64,000 bases of DNA from an uncultured Acidobacteriaceae bacterium (GCA_963802565.1 CAWDJR010000019.1:44870-108869); one strand, 5' to 3'. Counted from the first letter of the stretch, positions 20,974 through 31,246 are shown. Program-made: numbers and translations. The notes: a model not told the origin generated them from the sequence alone.

Positions 20974-22203
20974 CTAGTTCAGGCGCGCGTGCAGTACGGC
21001 CGCTTGTCCTGCCGCGGTCAGCGCACAACTCGCGTGCTGGTCGCATTTGTAGTGGATGAGCGTGTACTTGTTCGACCAGTCCGAAGCCGTAGCCTGACCG
21101 TACCGTTTGTCGATTGCGAACGTCTTGTCTTCCGCCAACAGTAGGCCGCGGGCCGAATCATAACCTGTGACCCGATTGTCTCCCTGGATTACAAATCCAT
21201 CTCCCAACTTGGACAGCGTTCGCCTCGCTTGGTGTGCCGACGGGTCAGCATGAAGTGCCGACTTTGGATCAAGGAGCACTGCCTGCTCGTCGAGGGTCGG
21301 AAAATTCGTGTTGAAGTCCCAATAGTCGGCACGCCGGTATTGATCGGGCGAGCAGGGCAGCGTTCCCTGGGCATTCACCGCACCCACCAGGCCATCGGTC
21401 GCGATCTGGTTTTGGAACAGATCCTTGCCGTGCTCCCTTATCACTTCAGCCGCTTGCATCTGCGTGATCTGGCTTTGCCGCGCAGCCTGCATGGCCGCCG
21501 CACGCGCAGCTGCGGAGAGTTTCTTCCCATCGGCGCCGACTGCTGATGGCGCTACCTGCACCTCGGCATTTTGCGGATTGAACGGGAAATCAATCTCCTT
21601 GCCGCACAACGCAAATCCAGAGGAGTCCATTAATCGCACGTTCACTGACAGCGGCATCGGCGGGGTACTTGTCACTCGGGAGAAGCCCGCCCCCCAACGA
21701 TCTTCCATCGGCTCGATTCGCAGTTGATAAACGAGCCTTCCGGACTTGGCGTTGCCATCCCACCTGGTGTCGAGATGCCCGCGCAGGCCCGCGACTGCGA
21801 CAATGCCCGGCCCCATGTCCCCGGGCTGGGGAGCATCCGCCTTGGGCTTATTGACCGTCATCACAACAAAGATTGCGAAAATAATGAGCGCCGCGAATCC
21901 CCCAATCAAAATAAAGTTCGGCTTTTTCTTTGGCGGTGGTTCCTGCGCGGGCTTTTCCGCATAGTCGGCGAATTCTTCCTGCTCCGCACTTTCTGGCTCA
22001 GGTTCTTCTGTCGGCTCAGGCTCTTCGACAATCGGCTTGTAGGCAGCAACGGACTTAGTCGCCACGGGTGCTGTCACGGATGGAGCTACGGCGGGGGGCG
22101 CTTCGATGGTCGCCACGGCCGCTGACGATTTGGCAAGCGGGGGAGCCGGATGGCTTATTTCTGCGTACTCTTCGTCGAACTCGTGCTGGTCAGACTCAAA
22201 CAT
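20974..22203 (-). CDS. hypothetical single-pass membrane protein with acidic/Pro-rich N-terminus
   Basis: Intact 409-aa ORF. It has an acidic cytoplasmic N-terminus, a KKKPNFILIGGFAALIIFAIFVVMTV TM segment and a globular C-terminal domain of about 270 aa. No family recognised. Confidence 0.5.
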   Translation of the reverse strand: MFESDQHEFDEEYAEISHPAPPLAKSSAAVATIEAPPAVAPSVTAPVATKSVAAYKPIVEEPEPTEEPEPESAEQEEFADYAEKPAQEPPPKKKPNFILIGGFAALIIFAIFVVMTVNKPKADAPQPGDMGPGIVAVAGLRGHLDTRWDGNAKSGRLVYQLRIEPMEDRWGAGFSRVTSTPPMPLSVNVRLMDSSGFALCGKEIDFPFNPQNAEVQVAPSAVGADGKKLSAAARAAAMQAARQSQITQMQAAEVIREHGKDLFQNQIATDGLVGAVNAQGTLPCSPDQYRRADYWDFNTNFPTLDEQAVLLDPKSALHADPSAHQARRTLSKLGDGFVIQGDNRVTGYDSARGLLLAEDKTFAIDKRYGQATASDWSNKYTLIHYKCDQHASCALTAAGQAAVLHARLN

Positions 22204-22341
22204 CTTTCGTTCCTTCCGGACCCGACTGGAATTTTCCCACGTTGGTAACGCTAAAGCAAAGTACTAGCGTAACCCCACATGGTCATCGGGTTGTCTAGCG
22301 CACATCATCGGACACTTAACTAGCTAGGTTCGCCGGGCTTC

Positions 22342-22833
22342 CTATACTCGGCTGCCATCGAGCACATCCCGGAGCGCGAAACTCGTTTCCAGCCGTGTTA
22401 CTCCCGGCAGGCGGGAGAGCTCGTTCTGGTGAAGTCGCCCATAATCGTCAATGCCCGCTACCCGGGCCACCAGCATGTAGTCATACTGACCGGCCATCAG
22501 GTGGCAGCTTACGATCTCCTTGCAATGGCGCACCGCCCCTTCAAACGCACTCAACACGGCAGCAGATTGGCGCTCCAGTGTGACCCGGATGTAGATCGTC
22601 ATGCGCTTTCCCAGCAAACGGTCGTCTACCAGGGCCCGATAGCCGCGAATCGCGCCGACACTCTCCAGGGTCTGAATCCGCCGCGAGGCAGCTGAAGCCG
22701 AGAGACCTACTGCCTCACCAACCTCATAATTCGTGGCGCGCCCATGGCGTTCAAGGTGGCGGAGAATTGAAGCGTCTAGTTCATCCAATTCAGAAACGGA
22801 GGGCGGATTGGAGTTTTCTTGCATCGACAGCAC
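22342..22833 (-). CDS. Lrp/AsnC-family transcriptional regulator
   Basis: LDELDASILRHLERHGRATNYEVGEAVGLSASAASRRIQTLESVGAIRGY forms an HTH_AsnC domain, followed by a RAM-type ligand domain. Divergent from ald. Confidence 0.85.
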   Translation of the reverse strand: MLSMQENSNPPSVSELDELDASILRHLERHGRATNYEVGEAVGLSASAASRRIQTLESVGAIRGYRALVDDRLLGKRMTIYIRVTLERQSAAVLSAFEGAVRHCKEIVSCHLMAGQYDYMLVARVAGIDDYGRLHQNELSRLPGVTRLETSFALRDVLDGSRV

Positions 22834-23069
22834 CTCATTTTCACACTTTGTGTGCTACAGAAGGTTTTAACACGATAATTGCACACATTGGAACCCTTCC
22901 ACGCCGTAGGATGTGTGCAGCTGGAAGCCAGTGATGTGCCCGTCGCGCCGGACTAAAAGGCCCTCCCCCAACGAAAGTGCTGTCCGGCGCGAGCTTTCCT
23001 GCAGCAAATCGTCTCGGTTTCCTTGAGTTCTCAGCCGTCCGTAAGCCTGAATGAAGGAGCCTCCATCCC

Positions 23070-24185
23070 ATGATCATCGGCGTTCCCAAAGAAGTTAAGG
23101 ACAACGAAGCGCGCGTAGGCGTGACTCCGGCGGGCGTCAAGGCGCTGACCGAAGCTGGCCACAAGGTGCTGGTTGAAACCCATGCGGGCGAGCTGTCGGG
23201 ATTTAATGACGCGAGCTATCAGGATGCAGGCGCGGAAATCGTCGGCGACGCCGGCAATGTCTGGGGCAAAGCCGAGACGGTGGTCAAGGTCAAAGAGCCT
23301 ATCGAGCAGGAGTACGTCTTCTTCCGCGAAGGCCTGGTGCTCTTTACTTATCTTCACCTGGCTCCGATTCCCGTCCTCACCAACAAGCTTCTCGACTCCA
23401 AGGTCATTGGCATCGCCTATGAGACGGTCCGCGATCGGCAGGGGACTCTGCCTCTTCTCACGCCGATGAGCGAAGTTGCCGGCCGCATGAGCGTGCAGGT
23501 CGGTGCAGCCTATCTTGAAAAAGAGCGTGGCGGCCGGGGCATTCTTCTTGGCGGTGTTCCGGGTGTTCCTCCAGCGAACGTCACGATCATCGGCGGGGGC
23601 ATCGTCGGCACCAATGCGGCAAAGATCGCCCTGGGCTTCGGCGCCAAGGTGACGCTGGTCGACGTCAATCTCAATCGTCTGCGCGAACTCGACGACCTCT
23701 ACAGCGGACGACTCTACACTCTCGCTTCAAATAGCTATAACGTTGCGCACGCTACACGGGAAGCCGATCTCGTAATCGGCGGAGTGCTTATCCCCGGTGC
23801 AACGGCACCCAAGCTCGTCACCCGCGCGATGGTGTCTGCCATGAAGAAAGGCGCGGTCATTGTCGACGTGGCGATTGACCAGGGCGGCTGCGTTGAAACG
23901 GCCAAGCCTACCTCGCATTCGAATCCCAGCTACGTCGTTGATGGCGTCGTTCACTACTGCGTCACGAACATGCCCGGCGCGGTGCCGCACACCTCGACCC
24001 TGGCTCTCACCAACTCCACCTTCCCGTACCTGATGCGCATCGCCAACCTCGGCGCGCGGGAAGCGCTCAAGCGGGACCCTGGATTCGCCGAAGGCTTGAA
24101 CACTTACCTGGGCACACTCACTCATCGCGGAGTAGCCGAGAGCCAGAAGCGCGAGTGGACAGGAACGGACATCGTGCTGGGATAG
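23070..24185 (+). CDS. ald: alanine dehydrogenase
   Basis: Intact 371 aa. [23 protein letters not shown]..., the Rossmann motif [17 protein letters not shown], and ...[11 protein letters not shown] are colinear with bacterial Ald. Confidence 0.9.
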   Translation: MIIGVPKEVKDNEARVGVTPAGVKALTEAGHKVLVETHAGELSGFNDASYQDAGAEIVGDAGNVWGKAETVVKVKEPIEQEYVFFREGLVLFTYLHLAPIPVLTNKLLDSKVIGIAYETVRDRQGTLPLLTPMSEVAGRMSVQVGAAYLEKERGGRGILLGGVPGVPPANVTIIGGGIVGTNAAKIALGFGAKVTLVDVNLNRLRELDDLYSGRLYTLASNSYNVAHATREADLVIGGVLIPGATAPKLVTRAMVSAMKKGAVIVDVAIDQGGCVETAKPTSHSNPSYVVDGVVHYCVTNMPGAVPHTSTLALTNSTFPYLMRIANLGAREALKRDPGFAEGLNTYLGTLTHRGVAESQKREWTGTDIVLG

Positions 24186-24268
24186 GGGATTAGTCAGGAC
24201 AGTATCTCTCTTATGATCCGACCCATTGTTTACTCCACTCATAACTAACCCACCTCTATAATCACTGC

Positions 24269-26569
24269 ATGCCTGTCGATGGCAGCTCCCGGCGCCGGTC
24301 TGTCATATTTCTCGGCGCAGGTGTGTTGCTATTTTTTGCTTTGCTGGGTGGACTTCAGGCGTTTAACACGTCGAATATCCGCTTTCTGAGCCCGGAAACC
24401 TCCGGCGAAACCCTGGCGTTCACCGGCCTCACCGTTGTCGTCTTTCTGCTGTTGCTGGTGCTGCTGCTTCTTCTGCTGCGTAACATCCTCAAGCTCTACG
24501 CTGATCAGAGCAGCAGCGCTCTGGGAGAACGCCTGCGCACGCGCATGGTTCTTGGTGCTGCGCTTATCGCTCTCACGCCGGCTGTCTTCATGTTTCTGTT
24601 CAGCTTCCAGCTCATGAACCGCTCCATCGATCGCTGGTTCTCGCCCAACACATCTGAACTTCACGAAGACTCAACGCGGGTGGTGCTTGAGCTGGCCCAA
24701 TACGTCGCCAGCAATGCTCGCGGCGAGGCGGAATCCATCGCCGCGACAGGCGCTCTTGACGGCGAACCACCAGATCTTGCGAAAGTTCTAGCCTCGCATC
24801 GCGTTACTCTCCAGGGCGGCTTTGTTTTGGTGTACGACCAGGGTCGCCACGTCATCACCAGCTTCGAGGCTCCGCCGGAAAGCAGTGTGCCCAGCATTAT
24901 TCCATGGCTCCCTGAGAAAGCTGGTGATGCAAAATTTCAATCCACCATCCCCCTCCCCGGTCCGCTATCCAAAAGCGTTCTAGACTCTGCCCAACGCAAT
25001 GACGAGCCCGTCGTCCGCATCGCCGGGCAGGATTATGCCCTGGGCAAAGCGTCAACTTCATCAGGAAAGCTCGTCGTCGCTGCTCTTCCCATGCCGCAGG
25101 GACTTAGCCAGACCACCGCCCGCATCCGCCAGGGAGCTGCTGAATATTGGGGACTGTTCCGTTCCCGAAACAGCCTGCGCGCCACATTCTTCCTCATGCT
25201 GCTGCTGATTACAGTGGTGGTCTTTTTCTCCAGTGTCTGGCTGGCGCTATTTCTTTCCAAACAAATTACGCGCCCGGTTGAGGCGCTGGCCGACGCCATG
25301 GACGAGATTGCCGCGGGCAAATACGAGCACCGCGTTGGCCTGGTCACTACCGGGGAAATGGCTGAGCTGGTGCGTTCGTTCAATCACATGGCTGCCGATC
25401 TCGACGCCAGCCGCAAACTTGCAGAGACGTCTTCGGCCCAACTCACCGCTGCAAACCAGTCGATTGAAACGCGGCGACGTGAACTTGAAACCATTCTTGA
25501 AACAATTCCCTCAGGCGTCGTTACACTCGATGGCTCCGGCGTTGTGCTTCAGGCCAATCGCGCTTTCGCTGTATTGATGGGCCAGGATGAAGACGCGAGC
25601 CTACGGGGTCAGAAGCTGGACGCTCTGTTGCCACCCGACTCCGTCGACGAACTTGCCGGCGTAATACGCCGTGGACAGCGAATGGGCGCGGCATCCACCG
25701 AACTGGAACTTCATCTTCGCGGCCGTAACATGCACCTCGCTGTTACCAGCGCGCGCCTTGAACTGGCACACGGAAGACCCGGAACTGTCCTGGTGGTTGA
25801 AGATACTTCGGAACTTCTCCGCGCCCAGCGCCAACTCGCATGGAAAGAAGTGGCCCAGCGCGTGGCTCACGAAATTAAGAATCCGCTCACGCCTATTGCT
25901 CTTTCGGCCGAACGCATCGGCCGCCATCTTGATCGCAGCCAGCCTGACTCGCCCTCGATCATCCGCAAATGCAGCGAAGTCATTCTCGCTTGCGTTGGCA
26001 CGCTTCGTACTCTTGTCGACCAATTCTCAGCGCTCGCCCAATTTCCAGCGCCGCAGCCGCGTCCCTGCGACATGAATCAGATCGCCGACGAAGCGCTTGC
26101 CTTGTTTGCCGGAAGGCTCGAAGGCATCACTGTCAAACGCGATCTTGAACCTGGCCTTCCGCCTGTTCTCGCCGATCATGAAGCCATCCGCCGTGCGCTG
26201 GCGAATCTTATCGACAATGCCGCCGAGGCCATGCAGGGGAGTCTGCTCCGCGTGCTCAGCGTGCACAGCTCTCTTGCGGAAGATGGCGCTGCTGTTGAAA
26301 TCGAAGTTTCAGACACCGGCCATGGGCTCACCGAAGAGATACGCGAACGGCTGTTCCTGCCTTTCTACTCCACCAAACACCGCGGCACAGGGCTGGGCCT
26401 CTCGATTGCAGCTAAGATTATCCAGGAACTGGGCGGCTCCATTCGCGCTGAGAGCAATTCGCCCAAGGGCGCGCGCTTTCTCATCCGTCTCCCGCTTCTC
26501 GATCAACCTGATCAGCCTGCAACGGAAACGAACACCGGCGTAACTTCACTGACTGAGGCTCGCTCATGA
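24269..26569 (+). CDS. NtrY-like sensor histidine kinase (multi-TM, HAMP, PAS, HisKA, HATPase_c)
   Basis: Intact 766 aa. It has N-terminal TM segments, a HAMP region (KQITRPVEALADAMDEIAAGKY), a PAS region, the H-box VAHEIKNPLTPI, an N-box DNAAEAM and a G-box GTGLGLSIAAKI. Its stop overlaps the regulator start (ATGA). Confidence 0.85.
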   Translation: MPVDGSSRRRSVIFLGAGVLLFFALLGGLQAFNTSNIRFLSPETSGETLAFTGLTVVVFLLLLVLLLLLLRNILKLYADQSSSALGERLRTRMVLGAALIALTPAVFMFLFSFQLMNRSIDRWFSPNTSELHEDSTRVVLELAQYVASNARGEAESIAATGALDGEPPDLAKVLASHRVTLQGGFVLVYDQGRHVITSFEAPPESSVPSIIPWLPEKAGDAKFQSTIPLPGPLSKSVLDSAQRNDEPVVRIAGQDYALGKASTSSGKLVVAALPMPQGLSQTTARIRQGAAEYWGLFRSRNSLRATFFLMLLLITVVVFFSSVWLALFLSKQITRPVEALADAMDEIAAGKYEHRVGLVTTGEMAELVRSFNHMAADLDASRKLAETSSAQLTAANQSIETRRRELETILETIPSGVVTLDGSGVVLQANRAFAVLMGQDEDASLRGQKLDALLPPDSVDELAGVIRRGQRMGAASTELELHLRGRNMHLAVTSARLELAHGRPGTVLVVEDTSELLRAQRQLAWKEVAQRVAHEIKNPLTPIALSAERIGRHLDRSQPDSPSIIRKCSEVILACVGTLRTLVDQFSALAQFPAPQPRPCDMNQIADEALALFAGRLEGITVKRDLEPGLPPVLADHEAIRRALANLIDNAAEAMQGSLLRVLSVHSSLAEDGAAVEIEVSDTGHGLTEEIRERLFLPFYSTKHRGTGLGLSIAAKIIQELGGSIRAESNSPKGARFLIRLPLLDQPDQPATETNTGVTSLTEARS

Positions 26570-27921
26570 ATCATGTCCTCGTGGTCGATGACGAGGCGGA
26601 AATTCGCGCGTCTCTCGAAGAGATTCTGACCGAAGAGGGTTATGGCGTGGCTACCGCCGCTAGTGGGGCTGAGGCCCTGTTGCTGGTTGAAGACGCACCC
26701 TACGATGTTGTGCTGCTCGACATCTGGCTTCCGGATCGTGATGGACTCGACGTTCTGGCTGACATCCATGCTGTAGCCCCGGAAAAACGTCCGGAAGTCG
26801 TCATCATCTCCGGGCACGGCACGATCGAAGCAGCCGTTAAAGCCACGAAACTCGGGGCTTACGACTTTCTGGAAAAGCCGCTATCGCTGGATCGCACGCT
26901 GATCGTCCTGAAGAATGCGGTGGAAGCTCGTCGGCTTCGAAATGAGAATCTGGAATTCAAGCGCCAGTTTACCGTGGGTGCGGTACTGACCGGCGAAAGC
27001 GTTCCAGTCAAAGCGCTTCGCCAACAGATCCGCCTCATGGCGCCTACCAATGGCCGCGTACTGATCTACGGCGAATCTGGCACCGGCAAGGAACTCATCG
27101 CGCGCGCCATTCACACCGAGAGTCTTCGCCACGATGGCGTCTTCCTCGAACTAAATTGCGCGGCCATTCCCGAAGCGCACATCGAATCAGAGCTTTTTGG
27201 CTACCGTCACGGCGTGCAGCCTGGCGGCCCGACAGAGCAACGCGGCACTCTCGAACGCGCCGACGGAGGTTCTCTTTTTCTTGACGAGGTTGGCGATATG
27301 AGCCTCAAGACGCAGGCCAAGATGCTCAGCGCTCTCGATGATCAGATGTTTACCCCGGTTGGGGGAACGCAGCCTTTGCAAGTCGACGTGCGCCTCATCG
27401 CATCAACCAACAAAGACCTCGAAGAGGAAATCGCCAAAGGAAATTTCCGCGAAGATCTTTTCTACCGTCTCAATGTTGTCCCCTTCTTCGTGCCGCCATT
27501 GCGTGAGCGCAAGCAGGACATCCCGCTCCTCGCCCGCGAATTTCTCACCGAGTTCGGTCGCCAATACGGACGCCCGCGCATCGAGATCAGCGCGGAAGCC
27601 CTGGAAGTTCTACAGCAATATCACTGGCCCGGCAATGTGCGCGAATTGAAAAATGTGATCGAGCGCGTGTTGATTCTGAACCCGCGCACCCTGCGCATCG
27701 AGCGCAAGCAACTTCCACCGCTTACGCACAAGTCAGGGTCGCGCTCGACAGAGGATTTCTCAACGCTGCAGCAGGCACGCGATGCTTACGAACGCGACTA
27801 CATCCTCAAGAAGATTGAAGAAGCGCGCAATAATGTTAGCCGCGCTGCCGAATTGCTCGGTCTGGAGCGAAGTCACCTCTATCGCAAGATGAAGACGCTG
27901 GGCATCACTGTACGCGAATAG
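26566..27921 (+). CDS. sigma-54-dependent response regulator (REC, AAA+, Fis-type HTH), NtrX/AtoC-like
   Basis: Receiver domain (VLVVDDE...DVVLLDIWLPDRDG), Walker A GESGTGKE, an ESELFGY motif corresponding to GAFTGA, and a C-terminal HTH (NVSRAAELLGLERSHLYRKMK). Confidence 0.9.
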   Translation: MNHVLVVDDEAEIRASLEEILTEEGYGVATAASGAEALLLVEDAPYDVVLLDIWLPDRDGLDVLADIHAVAPEKRPEVVIISGHGTIEAAVKATKLGAYDFLEKPLSLDRTLIVLKNAVEARRLRNENLEFKRQFTVGAVLTGESVPVKALRQQIRLMAPTNGRVLIYGESGTGKELIARAIHTESLRHDGVFLELNCAAIPEAHIESELFGYRHGVQPGGPTEQRGTLERADGGSLFLDEVGDMSLKTQAKMLSALDDQMFTPVGGTQPLQVDVRLIASTNKDLEEEIAKGNFREDLFYRLNVVPFFVPPLRERKQDIPLLAREFLTEFGRQYGRPRIEISAEALEVLQQYHWPGNVRELKNVIERVLILNPRTLRIERKQLPPLTHKSGSRSTEDFSTLQQARDAYERDYILKKIEEARNNVSRAAELLGLERSHLYRKMKTLGITVRE

Positions 27922-28750
27922 GCGTATCGTCCTGCACATTCATGAGCGCATACGCGCGCCGATCTCCCTGCTTCTGCCGCCGATCGCTCGTGTTTACTCG
28001 TCGATCCCGCCTGCCTTCTCGCCGATCGATTCCCGAGATTGCCAGGACCACCGCACCGCGCCGACGGTCACCGCCGGCCTGCCGCCGATCGAGCCACATG
28101 GATGTAGACGCGGGAAGGATAATCGCCTTCGATCCGTTGGTTCCGGTTGGCGCATGCGATCCGTTCGATCCATTCGAGGAATGTTTCTGTTCTCGACTGG
28201 ATCCTCCAAATTGTGTCTTGCCATCGGTCAGCAGCCTATTCAAGATCGGGAGATTGGTACGCTGCGTTTCGATGTAGTCCACGCCTTCGGCAGTTAGGGT
28301 GAAATCGGAATTATCCGCCTTGGATACGTATCCTTTTTTCACCAGGTACCAGGTCGTGAAGTCGAGGTAGTCTCGCGGAAACCCCATACGCCGCTCTATC
28401 TCCGCCAGTGAGACTTCAGGAAAGCGTGGATTCGTTCTCCGCTTAAAGTAGAGAACTGCCAGCACCGCGACTCGGCGGTTCATCTCGCCCTCGACGCTGT
28501 CCATAAAATCGACGGCATTGGAAAGTGGTGCGACCTCAACAGACTCCAGACGACAAAGAGCATCGTATTCGGCGCGCCGCGATCGATTCGAAAGAGTGTC
28601 GAACGCCAACTTCAGCAGGCGAAACATCTCGGCATCGCCCGATTCTGGGTTGTCAGGATGGAGGCGTCCCGCAAGATAGCGATAGACGCGATGAATGGTG
28701 TCCGCATCTGCGTGCGGGCTTATTTGCAGGAATTCGTAGTAGTCGATCAT
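27905..28750 (-). CDS. J-domain protein with central winged-helix-like region and Arg-rich DRR-repeat tail
   Basis: N-terminus DYYEFLQISPHADADTIHRVYRYLAGRLHPDN carries the HPD motif. The tail carries six DRR triplets (LDRRQAGGDRRRG...IDRREGRRDRRVNTSDRRQKQGDRR). The 3' end overlaps the response-regulator 3' end by 17 nt. Confidence 0.7.
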   Translation of the reverse strand: MIDYYEFLQISPHADADTIHRVYRYLAGRLHPDNPESGDAEMFRLLKLAFDTLSNRSRRAEYDALCRLESVEVAPLSNAVDFMDSVEGEMNRRVAVLAVLYFKRRTNPRFPEVSLAEIERRMGFPRDYLDFTTWYLVKKGYVSKADNSDFTLTAEGVDYIETQRTNLPILNRLLTDGKTQFGGSSREQKHSSNGSNGSHAPTGTNGSKAIILPASTSMWLDRRQAGGDRRRGAVVLAISGIDRREGRRDRRVNTSDRRQKQGDRRAYALMNVQDDTPIRVQ

Positions 28751-29025
28751 CCTACCGTTCTCTCTTTGAGGATGTTGTCGCAGTTTCTACAGATTGTCGA
28801 TTTTGGGGGTTGCCGAATTGTAGCAGTCTTGTTTCTCGACGGGAACAGTGGATTTGCACCTCGTAGGATTTATTTCGACAAGTCACCGCAGAGCCGTTCC
28901 GGCCTTGTTCATTACTGAACAGCCAATTGCAATATCGGGCATGCAAGACTAGCGCAAGCTTGAACCGTGTCTGACGAACCCATTGTGCCCCAATGAATTA
29001 AGAATCTAATCGCGCGATGCTGTTC

Positions 29026-29040
29026 TGGACATCCAATTGC
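29026..29040 (+). promoter_or_regulatory. candidate sigma-54 (-24/-12) promoter
   Basis: tGGacatccaatTGCc has GG and GC at exactly the consensus spacing of TGGCAC-N5-TTGC. It ends 37 nt upstream of ATG 29078. Confidence 0.35.
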
Positions 29041-29077
29041 CTGCTACTTGCTCACTGAACTGCGTTTGGAGGCTCCA

Positions 29078-29524
29078 ATGGCTTATTTCGAGCGGATTCG
29101 TGATGTGGTGTCCGAGCCATTCAGCTCGGATGTGATCCGTCAGCGCACGGCTGGCGGGTGGCAGATGGTGTCGATCGAGTGGAGGCGCGAACTGCCCGAC
29201 TCAGAAACGCCCTCAGACGGAGCATTCAGTGAAGCTATCCCCTACGGATTGCGCATCTCTGAAGACTGCAAACGCCTTGAAGTCGACCCTCACGAAAACC
29301 AGGTATTGCTTCTGATGATGGATCTGCTGGCACAGGATTTTTCCTATTCGGCCATCGTCAGCGACCTCAATGAGAAGGGATTTCGTACCCGTGAGGGCCG
29401 TCCCTGGAGTCGAGTAACGGTCTTTAATATGATGCCGCGACTGATTGAAGTCGGCCCGCGCATCTTCTCCAGCGAGGAGTGGGAACAGCGCCGCATCAAG
29501 CTCGCTCGCCGCGAGGCTCCATAG
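29078..29524 (+). CDS. stand-alone 'Recombinase'-domain protein (no serine-recombinase catalytic domain)
   Basis: ATG 29078 follows GGAGG. IPYGLRISEDCKRLEVDPHENQVLLLMMDLLAQDFSYSAIVSDLNEKGFRTREGRPWSRVTVFNMM matches the pattern of the DNA-binding Recombinase domain of large serine recombinases. Neither the N-terminal resolvase domain nor the zinc ribbon is present. Confidence 0.6.
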   Translation: MAYFERIRDVVSEPFSSDVIRQRTAGGWQMVSIEWRRELPDSETPSDGAFSEAIPYGLRISEDCKRLEVDPHENQVLLLMMDLLAQDFSYSAIVSDLNEKGFRTREGRPWSRVTVFNMMPRLIEVGPRIFSSEEWEQRRIKLARREAP

Positions 29525-29551
29525 AGGCCGGCAGGGAACCAGCCGGTTTTG

Positions 29552-30607
29552 CTATTTCAGAATAGGACCCAGCGACGCAGGGTTGTCGCCCATCCGCGGG
29601 TCAACGCGAAAAGCCCAGACTGACTGGCTGATATCTGAGGGCGAAAGGATCTCCACCAGGGCATATTCGCCAATCGTCAGCGTTGTCTCCGGGGTCAGCT
29701 TCAACCAGTGCTTACCGGGCATCACTTCGACCTTGGTGGGAATCACGTCTTCCTCCTGGGTGATCTTCCCCGTCGGGCTAACGTGAATCGCGCCGATGAT
29801 TCTCACTTCTTTGCGCTCGTCCACCTTAACGATTGCAAACCCGGAGCTTGGCGAGTGTGCGCCATGCTTCCGATTTGCCACTTCTTTTGAGCCGCTCGTA
29901 GGAACAGTCAAGGCATGAGACAGAACCTGCTCGACATTGTCCTGTCCTTCAAGCGAAAGGTAGATGGCCGGATCGTTGACATGCAGGTGCACCCTGGCAT
30001 GTGCTCCCGCCAACTCAACTGTGTCTTTTTGACCAGCCAGCGGATTCAGCGTCGCCAGCCCCTTGCGGTTCTTCTGATTCAGACTCAGATCGGAGGCCGG
30101 CATCGGTACCAGTTCCGGCGTTCCCTGATAGGTATCGAGAGCGAAAACGCCGTCCTGATCGGGCAGTTCCAGCCCTTTGGCCACCTCGGGCATGCGCGCC
30201 ATCATTTCGTTTCGCTCCGCCGCTTCTTCCTTGTCGATCTCCGCCGCCTCTTTCATCGCCGGTGAAGCCCCTTCAGAGCTTTCATACGGTCCGCTGTGGG
30301 TCTTCTCCCATTTGTTGGTCGCGTCCCAGTCAACCATGTCGTAAGGCAACTCTTCCCACTCTCCTCCGCGTTCCAAAGACATATACTTCACGCGGTCTCC
30401 GGCCACCTTGTACTCCCGAACTATCTGGTAGCTTCCGTCTTTTAAAATCAGGCGATGATTATGCTTCAGGCCCGGCGCATCAGGCTTGATTGCGGTCCGG
30501 TCAGTGGACTTGTCCTGATTGCTCTGCGCAAGACCGGTTGCTCCCGCCAGCGTCAATACCGCCAGCGCGATCGCCATTTTCCGCCCGATGGGACTGAAAT
30601 GCCTCAT
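29552..30607 (-). CDS. hypothetical secreted protein
   Basis: Intact 351 aa with signal peptide MAIALAVLTLAGATGLAQS. No family recognised. Confidence 0.5.
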   Translation of the reverse strand: MRHFSPIGRKMAIALAVLTLAGATGLAQSNQDKSTDRTAIKPDAPGLKHNHRLILKDGSYQIVREYKVAGDRVKYMSLERGGEWEELPYDMVDWDATNKWEKTHSGPYESSEGASPAMKEAAEIDKEEAAERNEMMARMPEVAKGLELPDQDGVFALDTYQGTPELVPMPASDLSLNQKNRKGLATLNPLAGQKDTVELAGAHARVHLHVNDPAIYLSLEGQDNVEQVLSHALTVPTSGSKEVANRKHGAHSPSSGFAIVKVDERKEVRIIGAIHVSPTGKITQEEDVIPTKVEVMPGKHWLKLTPETTLTIGEYALVEILSPSDISQSVWAFRVDPRMGDNPASLGPILK

Positions 30608-30772
30608 TGCCCAACAGTTTAGACGCTTCCGCTCCGCTCTGGTTTGCGGCTTGTTACCGCGGAGGGGATTTCACCTATGACCTATGGTGGTCTGCTGCAT
30701 CCAATGAGGTGTATTCTTGAAGCAGGCCCTGTTCCCCAAGGACACTCACTTTTGACTGGACTTCATACATGG

Positions 30773-31078
30773 ATGCGCGGCGATCGCCACGCGAGGCCGA
30801 AGGCCTACGCGGTGGTCGTGCTGGTTTGCGTGGCGTTGCTGGCCCTGCTCACCGTCATCCAGGTAGCGCACGTCCACTCGGTCGATACCGACGCCGATCA
30901 TTGTCCGCTGTGTATCGTTCTGCACACCGCCGTGCCTGTCGCGGCTGCCGCAGTGGCAATTGTGCTGGTCCATATCGAGTCTGTGACTGCGGTCGTAGCC
31001 ATACGCCCCATCGCATGCATCTGGCATCAGCAACTCTTCATTCGCCCTCCTCCGCGCGTCTCCCCGGCGTCGTTCTGA
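30773..31078 (+). CDS. small membrane protein with H-x11-HCPLC motif (DUF2946-like); start uncertain
   Basis: Within ORF 30644..31078. It has a TM segment (AVVVLVCVALLALLTVI) followed by AHVHSVDTDADHCPLCIVLH. It lies directly upstream of an outer-membrane receptor gene. Confidence 0.4.
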   Translation: MRGDRHARPKAYAVVVLVCVALLALLTVIQVAHVHSVDTDADHCPLCIVLHTAVPVAAAAVAIVLVHIESVTAVVAIRPIACIWHQQLFIRPPPRVSPASF

Positions 31079-31246
31079 CCATACATCCAGGCCCAATCCT
31101 CAAACTCAGATAAGCCCCACTGGGCTCGATATCGGATTTCTTCCGGCCTTGAACTGATCACCACGATGCCGCCGTTGCACTGACAACGCCGTGCGGTAAT
31201 TTCCACGGTCGATCCAGATTCAGTCAACCATCGGAGGCTTTGTTCT

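Noticed and set aside
22342-24185. Divergent Lrp-family regulator and alanine dehydrogenase
   Set aside because: This is a well-known, ordinary arrangement (AldR-type control of ald) and nothing in it is unusual.
31079-31246. Possible cobalamin riboswitch upstream of the receptor gene (gccccactggg resembles a B12 box)
   Set aside because: The box-like sequence lies upstream of, rather than downstream of, the only GGTAATTTCC-like element. The spacer is short, and the other conserved riboswitch helices are not evident.
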